DNA of 32,000 nt, taken from assembly GCF_001644705.1 (NCBI RefSeq), contig NZ_CP015137.1:1740001-1772000 (forward strand). Direction: 5' to 3'. The position numbers and the translations under genes were made by a program. The DNA is from Dickeya solani IPO 2222 (lineage in GTDB: Bacteria; Pseudomonadota; Gammaproteobacteria; Enterobacterales; Enterobacteriaceae). The notes beneath the pieces are model-generated. The model made no database searches. It saw nothing but the letters and a program-made list of their open reading frames with translations, and was not told the DNA's origin. Shown one piece after another: positions 1-7,904 of this stretch (its first letter is position 1; each line of letters starts with the position of its first letter).

Positions 1-593
1 TTTTCGATAATCGCCCGCTTGGTGCGTACTTCGTGGTAATCAAACTCCAGCAATGAGCCGTCCATATCAATACCGCTGATTCCCAAAATGCCGAAATCGA
101 GCCTGAACTGAGAAATGAAATCCAGCGTGGCCTCGCCGATGATGCCGCCATCCCGGCTGCGCACCTCGCCTCCCGCCAGAATCAGGCGAAAATCTTCTTT
201 GGCGGTCAGCAACGTTGCCACATTCAGGTTGTTGGTGACCACCCGCAAATCTTTATGGTTCATCAACGCGTGGGCCACCGCTTCCGGCGTGGTACCGATA
301 TCAATAAAAAGCGTAGCACCATCCGGAATCTGGCTGGCGACCTGCCTCGCAATCCTGGCTTTTTCATCCGACCACATCATCTTGCGATCGTGATAGGCGG
401 TATTGACTGAACTGGAGGGCAACGCCGCTCCGCCATGATGACGATGGATCTTGTTCTGTTCCGCCAGATCGTTCAGATCACGGCGAATGGTCTGCGGGCT
501 GACCGCAAAATGCTCCACCAGCTCCTCGGTACTGACGTATCCCTGCCGACGCACCAGGTCGATAATGGCGTCATGCCGCTGTGTTTGCTTCAC
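1..593 (-). CDS. glpR: GlpR, DeoR-family repressor of the glycerol-3-phosphate regulon; the C-terminal part runs off the left edge
   Basis: It is absent from the ORF track because it leaves the window. Reverse-strand translation from GTG at 593-591 reads [71 protein letters not shown]...[28 protein letters not shown] with no stop. This is collinear with E. coli GlpR as I recall it. A GAGGGGA Shine-Dalgarno lies 5 nt upstream. Confidence 0.9.
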   Translation of the reverse strand, partial: MKQTQRHDAIIDLVRRQGYVSTEELVEHFAVSPQTIRRDLNDLAEQNKIHRHHGGAALPSSSVNTAYHDRKMMWSDEKARIARQVASQIPDGATLFIDIGTTPEAVAHALMNHKDLRVVTNNLNVATLLTAKEDFRLILAGGEVRSRDGGIIGEATLDFISQFRLDFGILGISGIDMDGSLLEFDYHEVRTKRAIIE

Positions 594-596
594 ATT

Positions 597-622
597 GATC
601 CCCTCAAACCGATCCCCTCAAA
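597..622 (-). repeat. Tandem duplication of a 12-nt unit (gatcccctcaaa at 597-608 and 611-622) immediately upstream of the glpR start
   Basis: Read directly from the sequence. On the coding strand each copy reads TTTGAGGGGATC, so the Shine-Dalgarno-like GAGGGGA is present twice. Confidence 0.8.
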
Positions 623-750
623 TACCGACATGCCGTCATGCCGGCCAATTAAGAAACCACGCCGCGCAGGCAAAACAACGCACGGCGATGCAGTAGCCAC
701 TGCGCGCCCTTCTGCCACTCATTCGGATTTCGGTAAACGGTATGATGGCA

Positions 751-1575
751 TTAGCGGTGTCTGTTGCGTGTATCCCACCAGGCCATCAGCAAACCGACGA
801 CCAGCCCCGCAACATGCGCCGCATTGGCGATCGACATGCCCAAAATATCGAAATAGCCCGCCACCAGCCACACCAGCGCGAACGCCATCAAACCACGCTG
901 AAGATGCAGCGAGCCATCCGGCTCACGCTCGCCGCGCAGCCAGACGTACCCCATCAGGGCATACACCACGCCGGACAGACCGCCGAAATAGACACCGCTG
1001 AACCAGGACTGCACCCAACCGCTGAGCGCAGATGACAATAACAGAATCACGCACAAGCGCCGGGTGCCGAGCACTCGCTCCACCGGGCCGCCGAGATACC
1101 ACCACCACATCAGGTTGAACAGCAGATGCAACAGCGAGAAATGCAGCAGCGCGTGGCTGAACCAGCGCCAGAGCTGCAGGGTCTGCACGTTGTCCGGAAA
1201 GGCTAACAGCACCATCATGCGCTCTACGCCGTAGACCTGCATCAACAGGTAGACGGCGATGGCGACCACCAGCACGCCCAGCGTCAGCGGCCCCGCGCGC
1301 TGGCGCAGCGTCTGCAAATAAGAAAACGACGGGTAGCGCAGCCCGCTGTTGGTAGTGCCGTTCTGCCAGCTGGCCGCCTGATAGCGCTCATGCCAGGGCT
1401 CCTGCAGAAAGCGCGCCAGTTCCTGCTTCACCCGCTCCTGCTGGCTTTCATCCGGCAGCCAGATATCCACTTCGCTCCCGTTGATGCGGACAACCAGTCG
1501 CACCTGATGCGTGTGCATATAGTCGACAAACGCCTGCGCCAGACGCGGATTGGATAACGCAACAATTCGGATCAT
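751..1575 (-). CDS. glpG: Rhomboid intramembrane serine protease GlpG
   Basis: Track ORF 751..1596. I place the start at the internal ATG at 1575 ([20 protein letters not shown]...), which aligns with the E. coli GlpG N-terminus (..[14 protein letters not shown]). The catalytic motifs [10 protein letters not shown] (Ser) and ANAAHVAGL (His) are present. Confidence 0.92.
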   Translation of the reverse strand: MIRIVALSNPRLAQAFVDYMHTHQVRLVVRINGSEVDIWLPDESQQERVKQELARFLQEPWHERYQAASWQNGTTNSGLRYPSFSYLQTLRQRAGPLTLGVLVVAIAVYLLMQVYGVERMMVLLAFPDNVQTLQLWRWFSHALLHFSLLHLLFNLMWWWYLGGPVERVLGTRRLCVILLLSSALSGWVQSWFSGVYFGGLSGVVYALMGYVWLRGEREPDGSLHLQRGLMAFALVWLVAGYFDILGMSIANAAHVAGLVVGLLMAWWDTRNRHR

Positions 1576-1684
1576 GACAATAGCCCAACGCTTCACACCA
1601 ATGAATTTATGTCTTCGATTCTAAAACATTTACCGCCCGGAGCGCAGCGCAATAACCGTGCATAACCCCTGCTATTTCCGTTTG

Positions 1685-1704
1685 GATGTGATGGCTTTCA
1701 CATC
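1685..1704. promoter_or_regulatory. Consensus CRP (cAMP receptor protein) site in the divergent glpG / HTH-ribokinase intergenic region
   Basis: gaTGTGAtggcttTCACAtc. TGTGA-N6-TCACA is exact at 1687-1702 and sits within 7-bp perfect inverted arms. Its centre is about 120 bp from the glpG start and about 158 bp from the 1853 start. Confidence 0.6.
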
Positions 1705-1852
1705 TCTCAGGCATTAGTCATGACAGGCTCCCTGACGACCGGCGGGTACGCTGCGGATTTTTGTTTACTTCCGTTTTGTCCGACATCCTATGATCGCGGT
1801 CACTTTTCAACCAGGGCGGCTCCATTACTCTCATTCAAGAGGTGTTAAGGGT

Positions 1853-3064
1853 ATGTTTCTTGAAGAACGCAGAAACAAGATTCTGGAATATTTGGATCAA
1901 TACGATCGTGCCAGCGTGGAATATCTGGCCGCTATTTTCTCTGTCACCAGGGAAACCATACGCAGTGATCTGAATGCCCTGGCCCGGCAACGGTTGGTTC
2001 AACGTTGCCACGGCGGCGCCGTTATTATTCGCCGCAGCCTGCAATCTCAGCTTATTACTGAAACCGGGAAAGATTTTGAGGTCCTGTTAAAGAAAATAAA
2101 AAATCAGGTAAGAAATAAGAGCGTACGAAAAAAGGATAAAACCATGAAGGGTAAAGTCTGTATTCTTGGCTCGTTTAATGTGGATATTGTCGCCAGGGTC
2201 GCGCGTTTTCCCAAAGGCGGTGAATCTTTACTGGCGCAAGGCAGCGCGCTGGGGCCGGGAGGAAAAGGCGCAAATCAGGCTATGGCCGCCAGCATGGCCG
2301 GCGCAAAAGTTCATTTCGTTTCCAAAGTAGGGAAAGATCAATTCAGCCATTTTGCTTACGAGCATCTGTCAAAGTCCGCCATTCACTCATTTAAATTATA
2401 TCAGTCCGACACGGAGCCGACCGGCAACGCCATTATTTATGTCTCGCTGCAGAATGGCGAAAATATGATTGCCATTTACTCCGGCGCTAATAAAACGCTG
2501 ACCGACGAAGAAATTGCTGAAATTATGCCCGAGCTGGAAGACGCGGACGTATTGCTATTGCAAATGGAAAATAATTTCCCGGCCACGCTGAGCGCCATGA
2601 AGCTGGCCAGGGCGCTCGACACGCAAATTATCCTCAACCCGGCCCCTTATTCCGACGATGTTTTATCCTGCCTCGATTATGTGGATATCATCACCCCGAA
2701 TGAAACCGAAGCCTCATTACTGTCCGGTATTGAGATCAACAATCTGGACAGCGCCAGACAAGCCGCGCAGAAAATCCACGCCCTTGGCGCCGCGCGGGTC
2801 ATCATCACCATGGGCGCCAACGGCGCCCTGCTGTTCGACGGCCAGCAATTCCAGCACATTCCGGCCTTTCCCGCCGTCAGCGTGGATACCACCGGCGCCG
2901 GCGATGCCTTCAACGGCGCATTCGCCGCCGCCGTGGCTGCCGGACAAAGCGTGGCGCAGGCTGCCACCTATGCCAATGCGTTCGCCTCCCTGGCGGTCGA
3001 ACGGGAAGGCGCCGCCAATATGCCAACCCATCAGCAAGTGACGAACCGGCTGGCACAGCGCTGA
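1853..3064 (+). CDS. Fusion protein: N-terminal DeoR-type HTH domain, Lys-rich linker, then a PfkB/ribokinase-family sugar kinase domain
   Basis: Track ORF 1790..3064. The start is placed at ATG 1853, with AAGAGG 10 nt upstream. The N-terminus MFLEERRNKILEYLDQYDRASVEYLAAIFSVTRETIRSDLNALARQRLVQRCHGGAV is a typical DeoR HTH. From residue ~100 the sequence KGKVCILGSFNVDIV...GPGGKGANQA...DTTGAGDAFNGAF carries both ribokinase/PfkB signatures. There is no in-frame stop between the domains. An internal AAGGA-N7-ATG occurs at 2144. Confidence 0.8.
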   Translation: MFLEERRNKILEYLDQYDRASVEYLAAIFSVTRETIRSDLNALARQRLVQRCHGGAVIIRRSLQSQLITETGKDFEVLLKKIKNQVRNKSVRKKDKTMKGKVCILGSFNVDIVARVARFPKGGESLLAQGSALGPGGKGANQAMAASMAGAKVHFVSKVGKDQFSHFAYEHLSKSAIHSFKLYQSDTEPTGNAIIYVSLQNGENMIAIYSGANKTLTDEEIAEIMPELEDADVLLLQMENNFPATLSAMKLARALDTQIILNPAPYSDDVLSCLDYVDIITPNETEASLLSGIEINNLDSARQAAQKIHALGAARVIITMGANGALLFDGQQFQHIPAFPAVSVDTTGAGDAFNGAFAAAVAAGQSVAQAATYANAFASLAVEREGAANMPTHQQVTNRLAQR

Positions 3065-3121
3065 TTCACCCACACCTTATTGTAAACACCCCGAACAGAT
3101 TGTCGGGCAAGGAGAAAAATA

Positions 3122-4048
3122 ATGAAGAGCATCGAAGGCATTGTTCCCGTCATGCTGACCCCGTTTAACACCAGAAACGACATCGACTACCCCGGTCTGG
3201 CGAAGTTGATTGACTGGTATCTGGACAAGGGGGTGGACGCGCTGTTCGCCGTCTGCCAGTCCAGCGAAATGCTGTTTCTCAGCCTGCAGGAGCGTGTTGA
3301 CCTGGCGCGTTTCGTGGTGGAACGCGTCGCGGGACGCATACCGGTGATCGCTTCCGGTCACATCAGCGACGCTATCGACGACCAGATTGCCGAACTGACA
3401 GCGATGGCGGAAACCGGCATCGACGCGCTGGTGCTGGTTACCAATCATCTGGACCCGAAAAACCAAGGTTCGGCGACGTTTTTCAGCACGCTGGACACCT
3501 TGCTGGCAGCGCTGCCGGCAACGCTGCCGCTCGGCCTGTACGAATGTCCGGCGCCGTATCGCCGCCTGCTGACGGATGACGAACTGATGCACTGCGCCAA
3601 CAGCGGCCGCTTTGTGGTGCTCAAAGACGTGAGCTGCGACCTGCCAACGGTAGAACGCCGGGTCAAACTCACCGCCGGCACGCCGCTGAATATCATCAAC
3701 GCCAACGCCGCCATCGCTTTTCCGGCGATGCGCGCCGGCTCCAAAGGCTTTAGCGGCGTGTTCACCAACTTCCACCCGGAGTTGTATCAGTGGCTGTATT
3801 CGCATAGCCAGCAGCAGCCGGAACTGGCGCAGGAACTGGCGACCTTTCTGTCGCTGACGGCGGTTACCGAAACGCTGGGTTACCCCAAGAACGCCAAAAT
3901 CTATCATCAGCGTCTCGGCACCTTTGAACACGATACCTGCCGGGTGACCAAAGACAACGTACTGGAGAAATTCTGGGCCTTGACGGTGATCCTGGATCAA
4001 ATTCGTCAGGGAACGGAACACTACCAGAAAAAAATTCAACAACGATAA
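3122..4048 (+). CDS. DHDPS/NanA-family class I (Schiff-base) aldolase, substrate unknown
   Basis: AAGGAG lies 7 nt upstream of ATG 3122. The N-terminus GIVPVMLTPF... and the segment VVLKDVSCDL (candidate Schiff-base Lys, resembling NanA ..KQTSGDL) fit the family, as do the length (308 aa) and overall pattern of dihydrodipicolinate synthase / N-acetylneuraminate lyase proteins. Confidence 0.75.
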   Translation: MKSIEGIVPVMLTPFNTRNDIDYPGLAKLIDWYLDKGVDALFAVCQSSEMLFLSLQERVDLARFVVERVAGRIPVIASGHISDAIDDQIAELTAMAETGIDALVLVTNHLDPKNQGSATFFSTLDTLLAALPATLPLGLYECPAPYRRLLTDDELMHCANSGRFVVLKDVSCDLPTVERRVKLTAGTPLNIINANAAIAFPAMRAGSKGFSGVFTNFHPELYQWLYSHSQQQPELAQELATFLSLTAVTETLGYPKNAKIYHQRLGTFEHDTCRVTKDNVLEKFWALTVILDQIRQGTEHYQKKIQQR

Positions 4049-4072
4049 CGTCACTGCCGTCAGGCATATTGC

Positions 4073-4111
4073 CCGGCGGGCAGAAATAACACATTTATTT
4101 CCGCCCGCCGG
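4073..4111 (+). other. Long intercistronic inverted repeat (16-bp stem with 1 mismatch and a 7-nt loop) between the aldolase and the YhcH-like gene
   Basis: ccggcgggcagaaata (4073-4088) pairs with tatttccgcccgccgg (4096-4111), followed by ttt. It could be a partial terminator, an mRNA-stability element or a REP-like element. Confidence 0.55.
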
Positions 4112-4152
4112 TTTAATGGCATGCTCTTGTCATTCACCAGGAATAACCCGCT

Positions 4153-4632
4153 ATGATTATTTGCGATCAACAAGACTGGGGTCGGGAGAAATACGCGGTA
4201 CATCCGATTATTCACCAGGCCATCGATTATATCTCCACGACCGACTTCGCCGTTATGGCGACCGGGAAATACGACATTATTCCCGGAAAAATGTTCTGTC
4301 TACTACAGGAATTCACCACCGAGCCCGCGGAGGAAAGGCTGGCGGAATCACATTTCCGGTTTGTCGATATCCAGTATTTATTACAGGGAGAAGAAACCAT
4401 CGGCGTCGCACGCGGCAGCCGTAACAATACCGTGATTGAAGACAAAAGCGAGCACCACGATATTGTCTTTTATCGTGATATTAAAAACGAAAGTTTTATT
4501 TCATTAACACCAGGCATGTTTGCCGTTTTCTTTCCGGAAGATTTGCACCGGCCATGCTGTCAAAGCCGGGGCCCCTCTTTTATCCGCAAAGCGGTTATTA
4601 AAATTCACATCAGTTTATTTACGGATTGCTGA
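4153..4632 (+). CDS. YhcH/YjgK/YiaL (DUF386, NanQ-like) family protein
   Basis: The 159-aa product contains ...HFRFVDIQYLLQGEETIG... and ...PGMFAVFFPEDLHRPCC.... These closely parallel E. coli YhcH (..YIDIQLLLNGEERI.. and ..PGMFAVFMPGEPHKPGC..) as I recall it. Confidence 0.8.
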   Translation: MIICDQQDWGREKYAVHPIIHQAIDYISTTDFAVMATGKYDIIPGKMFCLLQEFTTEPAEERLAESHFRFVDIQYLLQGEETIGVARGSRNNTVIEDKSEHHDIVFYRDIKNESFISLTPGMFAVFFPEDLHRPCCQSRGPSFIRKAVIKIHISLFTDC

Positions 4633-4637
4633 TTATT

Positions 4638-5939
4638 ATGAAAAACATCTCCTCTACCTTACAAGATAATACGGTTATAACCACCTCGCCGGTTACCCGC
4701 TTACGCTGGGGAATCATTGTCATTTTGTTAACGGCGGCGATCATCAATTACCTTGACCGCGCCAACTTAAGTATCGCCAATACCACCATCGCCAAAGAAT
4801 TCGGTTTCAGTGCCACCCAGATGGGCATGTTGCTTTCCGCCTTCCTGTGGCCTTATGCGCTCGCCAACCTGCCGGCCGGCTGGCTGGTGGACAAACTGGG
4901 GCCGAAAAAAATGTTTTCCGGCGCAGTAGGGCTATGGTCAACCTTTACCGTGCTGGCCGGGTTCATCAACGGCTATTCCATGTTTTATGGATTGCGCATG
5001 TTGCTGGGTATCGCCGAGTCGCCCTTTTTCACCTCAGGCATTAAGATCACCCACCGCTGGTTTTCCGCCCGCGAACGCGGCCTGCCGACCGCCATCATCA
5101 ATACCGGTTCGCAGATCGCCAACGCCGTTGCGCCGCCGATTCTCACCGTGCTGCTGCTGACGCTGGGCTGGCGCGGCATGTTTGTCGCCATCGGTTTGGC
5201 AGGCATACCGCTGCTGCTGGTCTGGCTGAAGTTCTACCGTGAACCGACCGCGGCCGAAGAGCGCGACATTCACGCCGAGGAAGAGGCGGCAGCATCGGCA
5301 TCCAGCGACGAGACGGCCAAAAGCCAGCAAGGCTGGGGCGCGCTGTTTCGGCATAAAACCACCTGGTTCATGATTCTGGGTAATTTCTCCATCATGTTTA
5401 CCATCTGGGTTTATCTGACCTGGCTGCCGGGCTATCTGGAAAAATCCCTCGGCTTCACGCTGAAACAGACCGGTTGGATTGCCTCCATTCCGTTCCTCGC
5501 CGGCATTCTCGGCGTGCTGTGCGGCGGCGCGATCTCCGATCGTCTGATTCGCCGCGGCGTCAACACCATTACCGCCCGTAAAATCCCCATCGTCATGGGA
5601 GCGGCATTGGCGGCCTGCTTTGTTGCGCCGATTCCATTCGTCAGCAACACCACGCTGTCTATTCTGCTGTTATCGTTGGGTTATTTCTGTTCACAGCTGC
5701 CTTCTGGCGTCATCTGGACGCTGGCGACCGACATAGCCCCCAAAGAGCAGGTCGCGTCGCTCGGCGCCATTCAGAACTTCGGCGGCTTTCTCGGGGCGGC
5801 CAGCGCACCCATCATCACCGGCGTGATTCTGGATGCCACCGGGGTGTTCACCAATGTTTTCTTTCTGGGTGCGGGCTTGCTGATGCTGGGAGCCTTGAGT
5901 TACGGCCTGTTCGTCAAAAAACCGCTCATTGAAAAATAA
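4638..5939 (+). CDS. MFS transporter of the anion:cation symporter (ACS) type, in the family of sugar-acid transporters such as DgoT, GudP and ExuT
   Basis: Track ORF 4626..5939 starts at TTG. I prefer ATG 4638, which lies 5 nt after the upstream stop. The protein has about 12 hydrophobic segments, the INYLDRANLSIA motif typical of ACS-family MFS proteins, and a central hydrophilic loop. Confidence 0.8.
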   Translation: MKNISSTLQDNTVITTSPVTRLRWGIIVILLTAAIINYLDRANLSIANTTIAKEFGFSATQMGMLLSAFLWPYALANLPAGWLVDKLGPKKMFSGAVGLWSTFTVLAGFINGYSMFYGLRMLLGIAESPFFTSGIKITHRWFSARERGLPTAIINTGSQIANAVAPPILTVLLLTLGWRGMFVAIGLAGIPLLLVWLKFYREPTAAEERDIHAEEEAAASASSDETAKSQQGWGALFRHKTTWFMILGNFSIMFTIWVYLTWLPGYLEKSLGFTLKQTGWIASIPFLAGILGVLCGGAISDRLIRRGVNTITARKIPIVMGAALAACFVAPIPFVSNTTLSILLLSLGYFCSQLPSGVIWTLATDIAPKEQVASLGAIQNFGGFLGAASAPIITGVILDATGVFTNVFFLGAGLLMLGALSYGLFVKKPLIEK

Positions 5940-5948
5940 CCATCCGCC

Positions 5949-5982
5949 ACGACGAAGGGCACCTTATGGCGCTCTTCGTCGT
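5949..5982 (+). terminator. Hairpin after the MFS gene (9-bp stem acgacgaag/cttcgtcgt, 16-nt loop) with no U-tract
   Basis: Read directly from the sequence. It starts 10 nt after the stop codon. The large loop and the missing T-run make intrinsic termination uncertain. Confidence 0.35.
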
Positions 5983-6275
5983 ACAGAGCCTACGCGGAAT
6001 TATCAGTAACCAATCTTAACTGTCAGTACAGACCCACAATAAAACAACCTAATGATTTATAAGAAAATAGTGTACTTTTCGTCATCATTCCAACATTCCC
6101 CTCCATGAATACTTTATTCACAGTATTACTTTTATCGATCGGTTTTAGGAAAATGATAGATTATATGAATTAAAATAGGGTTAATGATCGTTTTAAACGA
6201 TTTTCATATTGGTTACATAAGCGCTAGATTAATTTGTAGAAAATAACAGCACTAATAGCGGTGATTATTCATGCA

Positions 6276-6977
6276 ATGAATGAACTATTCGTGATACGCC
6301 TGATTCCGGTATTGACGAAAGAAAAAAGAATTTTTGCTTTCGATCTCTTCCTAAACCAGAGAATATCCATCAATCCTATCGATAAGGAAAAAGCACAACA
6401 TTCATCATGGATAACGAGTAAATTCCAGCGCTTTCTTATCAAATTAAACTATATTAGGGAGACATCCACGCTTTCATCGTCCCCCTCCAGAAAAATAGTC
6501 ATCGGGTTGGACCGGGAGCTTTTGGTTTTTATTCTGAATGATAAAAGCATAAAGGAAGAGATTGCCTCTACAAAAGAGGTAAGGTTTATTATTGACGCCA
6601 GCATAGACATTATCAATAACCATAATGACTATCGACTAATACAAGAATTATCTGCGATATCAAAAATATGGCTAAACGACTTCGGCACCGGTAACACCAG
6701 TATCACCTCATTAAAAAAAATGGCATTCGAGCATATTAAAATCAACAGAGACTTCATGTTGCGATACGGGAATATGAATTTCTTTCGTAAAATGCTAGAC
6801 GATGTCAATACATGGAGCGGCGGCGCAATATTGACCGGCATAGACAGTGACGAACTGCATCGCCAATTCTCCGCCACGATGTTTTACGGCATGCAGGGAG
6901 AATTATGGAGCACCATTATTCTGACTATGGGCGACCATGCGTTGCGCACCCGATTGCCTGGTCTCATTAGACCATGA
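6276..6977 (+). CDS. Degenerate EAL-domain protein (YdiV-like size and architecture), predicted catalytically inactive
   Basis: Track ORF 6261..6977 starts at GTG; the first in-frame ATG is at 6276. The EAL-domain scaffold is recognisable (WLNDFGTGNTSITSLKKMAFEHIKINRDF, GIDSDEL..., MQGELW). The catalytic positions are replaced: EAL becomes FDL, EITE becomes IIDA, DDFG becomes NDFG, K(I/L)D becomes KIN and EGVE becomes TGID. The gene is visibly AT-rich compared with its neighbours. Confidence 0.7.
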   Translation: MNELFVIRLIPVLTKEKRIFAFDLFLNQRISINPIDKEKAQHSSWITSKFQRFLIKLNYIRETSTLSSSPSRKIVIGLDRELLVFILNDKSIKEEIASTKEVRFIIDASIDIINNHNDYRLIQELSAISKIWLNDFGTGNTSITSLKKMAFEHIKINRDFMLRYGNMNFFRKMLDDVNTWSGGAILTGIDSDELHRQFSATMFYGMQGELWSTIILTMGDHALRTRLPGLIRP

Positions 6978-7008
6978 TGACACCACATTCAGGGAGCACG
7001 CGGGTTAC

Positions 7009-7767
7009 ATGAATACCATCGCAGCCGAACTCGAAGCGGCTATCAGGGAAAATCGTGGGTTGGCGCTCAACTACCAGCCCATTCTAAATGTCAGCACACG
7101 ACGAATCGACAGCGCCGAGGCGCTGTTGCGCTGGCATCATCACGAGCTGGGTCTGGTGTCTCCGGTGCGGATCATTCCACTGGCCGAACAGGCCGGGCTG
7201 ATGAACAAACTGGGAGACTGGGTGCTCAACGAAGTCTGTCGGCAGCACAAAGAAATCCCCGATTGCGCCCTTTCAATCAATGCTTCCCCCCTGCAACTGG
7301 ATCAGGAAGGGTTTGCCGACAACGTGGCAATGACGCTGGAGCACGCCCGCTGCAACGGTGGAAAAATTGAAATTGAAATCACCGAAAACCATCAATTGAA
7401 TAATACCATCCGCGTCAGAAAAAATATTCGCCAATTACGCGAGCGGGGTATTACCGTCGCTCTGGATGATTTTGGATCAGGCCACGCGGGCATTCATTAT
7501 CTTTACCAGTATGAATTCGATAAGGTCAAAATGGATAAAAGCCTTATCGCACAACTCGGCACTAATAAAAAAAATGATCTACTGGTTGAATCGCTAATCC
7601 GGGTTTTGCACCAGATGAATATTTCAGTTACGGCGGAAGGCGTGGAAAGCGAAGTGCAATTGCGTGCGCTGGAAAAATTTCAGTGCGACCGTATACAGGG
7701 CTTTATCATTTCCAGCCCCATCGAGGCCAGTCGGTTGGCAACATTTATACAGGCTTATCGCCGGTAA
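7009..7767 (+). CDS. Stand-alone EAL-domain protein, a probable c-di-GMP phosphodiesterase (PdeH/YhjH-like architecture)
   Basis: Track ORF 6937..7767. The start is placed at ATG 7009 (MNTIAAELEAAI...). All canonical EAL motifs are present: AEALLRW, SINASP, EIEITEN, ALDDFGSG, KMDKS, AEGVES and IQGF. There is no TM segment or sensory domain. Confidence 0.8.
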   Translation: MNTIAAELEAAIRENRGLALNYQPILNVSTRRIDSAEALLRWHHHELGLVSPVRIIPLAEQAGLMNKLGDWVLNEVCRQHKEIPDCALSINASPLQLDQEGFADNVAMTLEHARCNGGKIEIEITENHQLNNTIRVRKNIRQLRERGITVALDDFGSGHAGIHYLYQYEFDKVKMDKSLIAQLGTNKKNDLLVESLIRVLHQMNISVTAEGVESEVQLRALEKFQCDRIQGFIISSPIEASRLATFIQAYRR

Positions 7768-7774
7768 TATCGCT

Positions 7775-7825
7775 GCCGCCAATAATTCCAGTTGCAGCAA
7801 AGCAGCGACTGGAATTATTGGCGGC
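7775..7825 (+). terminator. Perfect 18-bp inverted repeat (gccgccaataattccagt / actggaattattggcggc) with a 15-nt loop, 8 nt after the EAL gene stop
   Basis: Read directly from the sequence. The stem is strong, but only tataaaa follows and there is no clear U-run. Confidence 0.45.
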
Positions 7826-7867
7826 TATAAAAGCGGAAAACGCGCGCTGAACATACCGCATGACTTT

Positions 7868-7895
7868 ACTTTTATCGCACCACTTTTATCGCACC
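7868..7895 (+). repeat. Perfect 14-bp tandem duplication (acttttatcgcacc x2) directly upstream of ATG 7905
   Basis: Read directly from the sequence. The unit length is not a multiple of 3, so copy number would change the frame relationship between the upstream ATG 7860 and the ORF body. Confidence 0.85.
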
Positions 7896-7904
7896 GGGAA
7901 AAAT

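Noticed and set aside
435-1035. Plus-strand ORFs 435..1001, 451..696 and 742..1035, together with 115..393
   Set aside because: They are antisense to glpR and glpG. Their products are Pro/Arg/His-rich and low-complexity.
3077-4054. 325-aa minus-strand ORF
   Set aside because: It almost exactly mirrors the plus-strand DHDPS-family gene (3122..4048). The plus-strand gene has a strong AAGGAG RBS and family motifs, whereas the minus-strand product is R/Q/H-rich with no motif.
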